Assembly: GCA_904502055.1 (NCBI GenBank)
Contig: CAJGDZ010000001.1
Span: 1-42,945, forward strand
Length of the DNA: 42,945 bases
Reading direction: 5' to 3'
Source of the DNA: an uncultured Clostridia bacterium
GTDB taxonomy: Bacteria; Bacillota; Clostridia; Oscillospirales; CAG-272
The notes under the pieces were generated by a model. That model worked only from the letters and a program-made list of their open reading frames with translations, was not told the origin of the DNA and did no database searches. The position numbers and the translations under genes were made by a program. This document shows positions 41,696-42,945 of the stretch, piece after piece. Every line of letters starts with the position of its first letter. The first letter of the stretch is position 1.

Positions 41696-42945
41696 ATGAA
41701 GCTATCGGAGCTTTGTGTGGGAATTGACATTCCCGTGGGAGTTGAAAACACCGAGATCGGCGGCATCAAGACCGATTCGCGGCGAGTAGAGGCCGGCGAT
41801 CTCTTTATTTGCTTTCGCGGTCTTAAGACCGACGGACATTTGTATATAGCCGACGCGGTGAAAAACGGTGCGGCGGCGGTCCTTGTCTGCGAGGACTATG
41901 AGGGAGACATCCCCAATGTGATTTTTTTGAAAACCAAGGATACACGGCACGCCGCGGCGCTTTTGTATAATGCCTGGTACGGCGACCCTGCAAGTAAGCT
42001 TCATATAATTGGAGTGACAGGGACCAACGGCAAAACGTCAGTCACCTTTATGCTTCGCGCGATCTTTGAAACGGCGCTTATCCGTTGTGGCATCATCGGA
42101 ACGGTCAACTGTTATTCGGCAGGACGGCGGCTTGAGATTCGCTCCGATAATCCGCTCTCCAATATGACCACACCCGACCCCGAGGAGCTTTACCATATCC
42201 TTGCCGAAATGGTGAAGGACGGGGTGGAATACGTCTTTATGGAGGTCACCTCGCATGCGCTGGCGCTGGGAAAGCCCGATGCCATTCATTTCGAGGCGGC
42301 GGTCTTTACCAATCTGACCGAGGAGCACCTGGATTTTCACGGCGACATGGAGCGGTATTTTGAGGCCAAAAAACGCTTGTTCTCGATGTGCGATCGGGCG
42401 CTTATCAACGTGGACGATCCGTATGGCGCACGCCTGTGTGAAACGCTGGATCGACCCTTTCGCACCTGCTCTGCAAGGGGCGCGGCGGCTGACTATGTGG
42501 CCACGCAAATTTGCGATCACGGCGTGGACGGCAACGGGTACCGCTTGGTTTCGGCAGACAAACGCTTCACCGTGCGCACCCCCATTCCCGGTGCCTTTAG
42601 TGTGATCAACACCCTCGAGGCGGCGGCACTCGCTTGTATGTTCGGAATTTCACCTTCTGTGATCATGACGGCGCTTGGCGCACTTTCGGGAGTTGACGGA
42701 CGAATGGAGCGCGTACGGCTTGGCGTTTTGGCGGATTATTCGGTGTTTATCGATTACGCACACACACCCGACGCCTTGGAAAACTTGCTACACACGGCAC
42801 GCGGGATTCGCAAGAGCGGCGAGCGTGTGGTGCTGTTATTTGGTTGCGGCGGTGACAGGGACAAAACCAAGCGTAAAAAAATGGGAGAGCTTGCGGCATC
42901 GCTTGCCGATTTTACGGTTTTGACGTCGGACAACAGCCGCACCGA
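41696..42945 (+). CDS. murE: UDP-N-acetylmuramoyl-L-alanyl-D-glutamate--2,6-diaminopimelate ligase (MurE), 5' part; runs off the window
   Basis: MKLSELCVGIDIPVGVENTEIGGIKTDSRRVEAGDLFICFRGLKTDGH..., the P-loop GVTGTNGKTS, and ...DYAHTPDALENLL...GCGGDRDKTKR...TSDNSRT. GGAGG lies 5 nt upstream. There is no stop in the window, so it is absent from the ORF track. Confidence 0.9.
   Translation, partial: MKLSELCVGIDIPVGVENTEIGGIKTDSRRVEAGDLFICFRGLKTDGHLYIADAVKNGAAAVLVCEDYEGDIPNVIFLKTKDTRHAAALLYNAWYGDPASKLHIIGVTGTNGKTSVTFMLRAIFETALIRCGIIGTVNCYSAGRRLEIRSDNPLSNMTTPDPEELYHILAEMVKDGVEYVFMEVTSHALALGKPDAIHFEAAVFTNLTEEHLDFHGDMERYFEAKKRLFSMCDRALINVDDPYGARLCETLDRPFRTCSARGAAADYVATQICDHGVDGNGYRLVSADKRFTVRTPIPGAFSVINTLEAAALACMFGISPSVIMTALGALSGVDGRMERVRLGVLADYSVFIDYAHTPDALENLLHTARGIRKSGERVVLLFGCGGDRDKTKRKKMGELAASLADFTVLTSDNSRT

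Noticed and set aside
1-42945. Search for CRISPR arrays, IS elements or transposases, integrases, prophage genes, restriction-modification, toxin-antitoxin or other defence modules
   Set aside because: I saw no repeat-spacer arrays, no terminal inverted repeats flanking a transposase-like ORF, and no ORFs with recombinase, nuclease-helicase or defence-type motifs. Every long ORF is accounted for by housekeeping genes or their antisense shadows.

Overview
This is a chromosomal segment of about 55-58% G+C, most likely from a spore-forming Clostridia lineage. That inference rests on ylbJ/yqfC/yqfD sporulation genes, an rnfCDGEAB operon, and a PASTA-bearing SpoVD/FtsI-type PBP in a dcw cluster. 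Nearly the whole window is conserved housekeeping.

Gene content, in order:
- pnp (partial) and rpsO
- a split TSUP/TauE permease pair
- ftsK, then a TIGR01212 radical SAM gene, then a glycine-rich membrane protein
- an AT-rich XRE-HTH/helical-repeat regulator
- tRNA-Met and tRNA-Glu
- rnfCDGEAB
- a small lipoprotein
- a polar amino-acid ABC transporter
- a sugar-phosphate isomerase/epimerase and a Dabb protein
- tRNA-Ser and tRNA-Thr
- ylbJ, divergent from yqfC-yqfD-phoH-ybeY-era-recO-mutS2
- prs
- a CBM9-like surface protein
- a ZIP transporter
- rqcH and a HAD-IIA phosphatase
- coaW, rsmA, tRNA-Thr(CGU), a 2-hydroxyacid dehydrogenase
- the start of the dcw cluster: mraZ-rsmH-(FtsL-slot protein)-PBP-murE (partial)

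I found no CRISPR array, transposase, integrase, phage genes, recognisable defence system or toxin-antitoxin pair. No multi-gene novel system can be supported from the sequence.

The most interesting leads:
1. An AT-rich monocistronic RRNPP-like regulator with a 10-codon micro-ORF just downstream.
2. A Gly/His-rich bitopic membrane protein.
3. A non-canonical protein in the ftsL slot, followed by a roughly 100-nt structured, terminator-like leader in front of the PBP gene.
4. A surface protein with a QPETG sortase-like signal.
5. Several candidate operators: MraZ boxes, a Rex-like box upstream of rnf, and phased GGCAA repeats.

Many long ORFs in the six-frame track are antisense shadows of real genes in this GC-rich DNA. 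All coordinates were derived by hand from the ORF track and the printed sequence. Functions come from recognisable motifs, not database searches.
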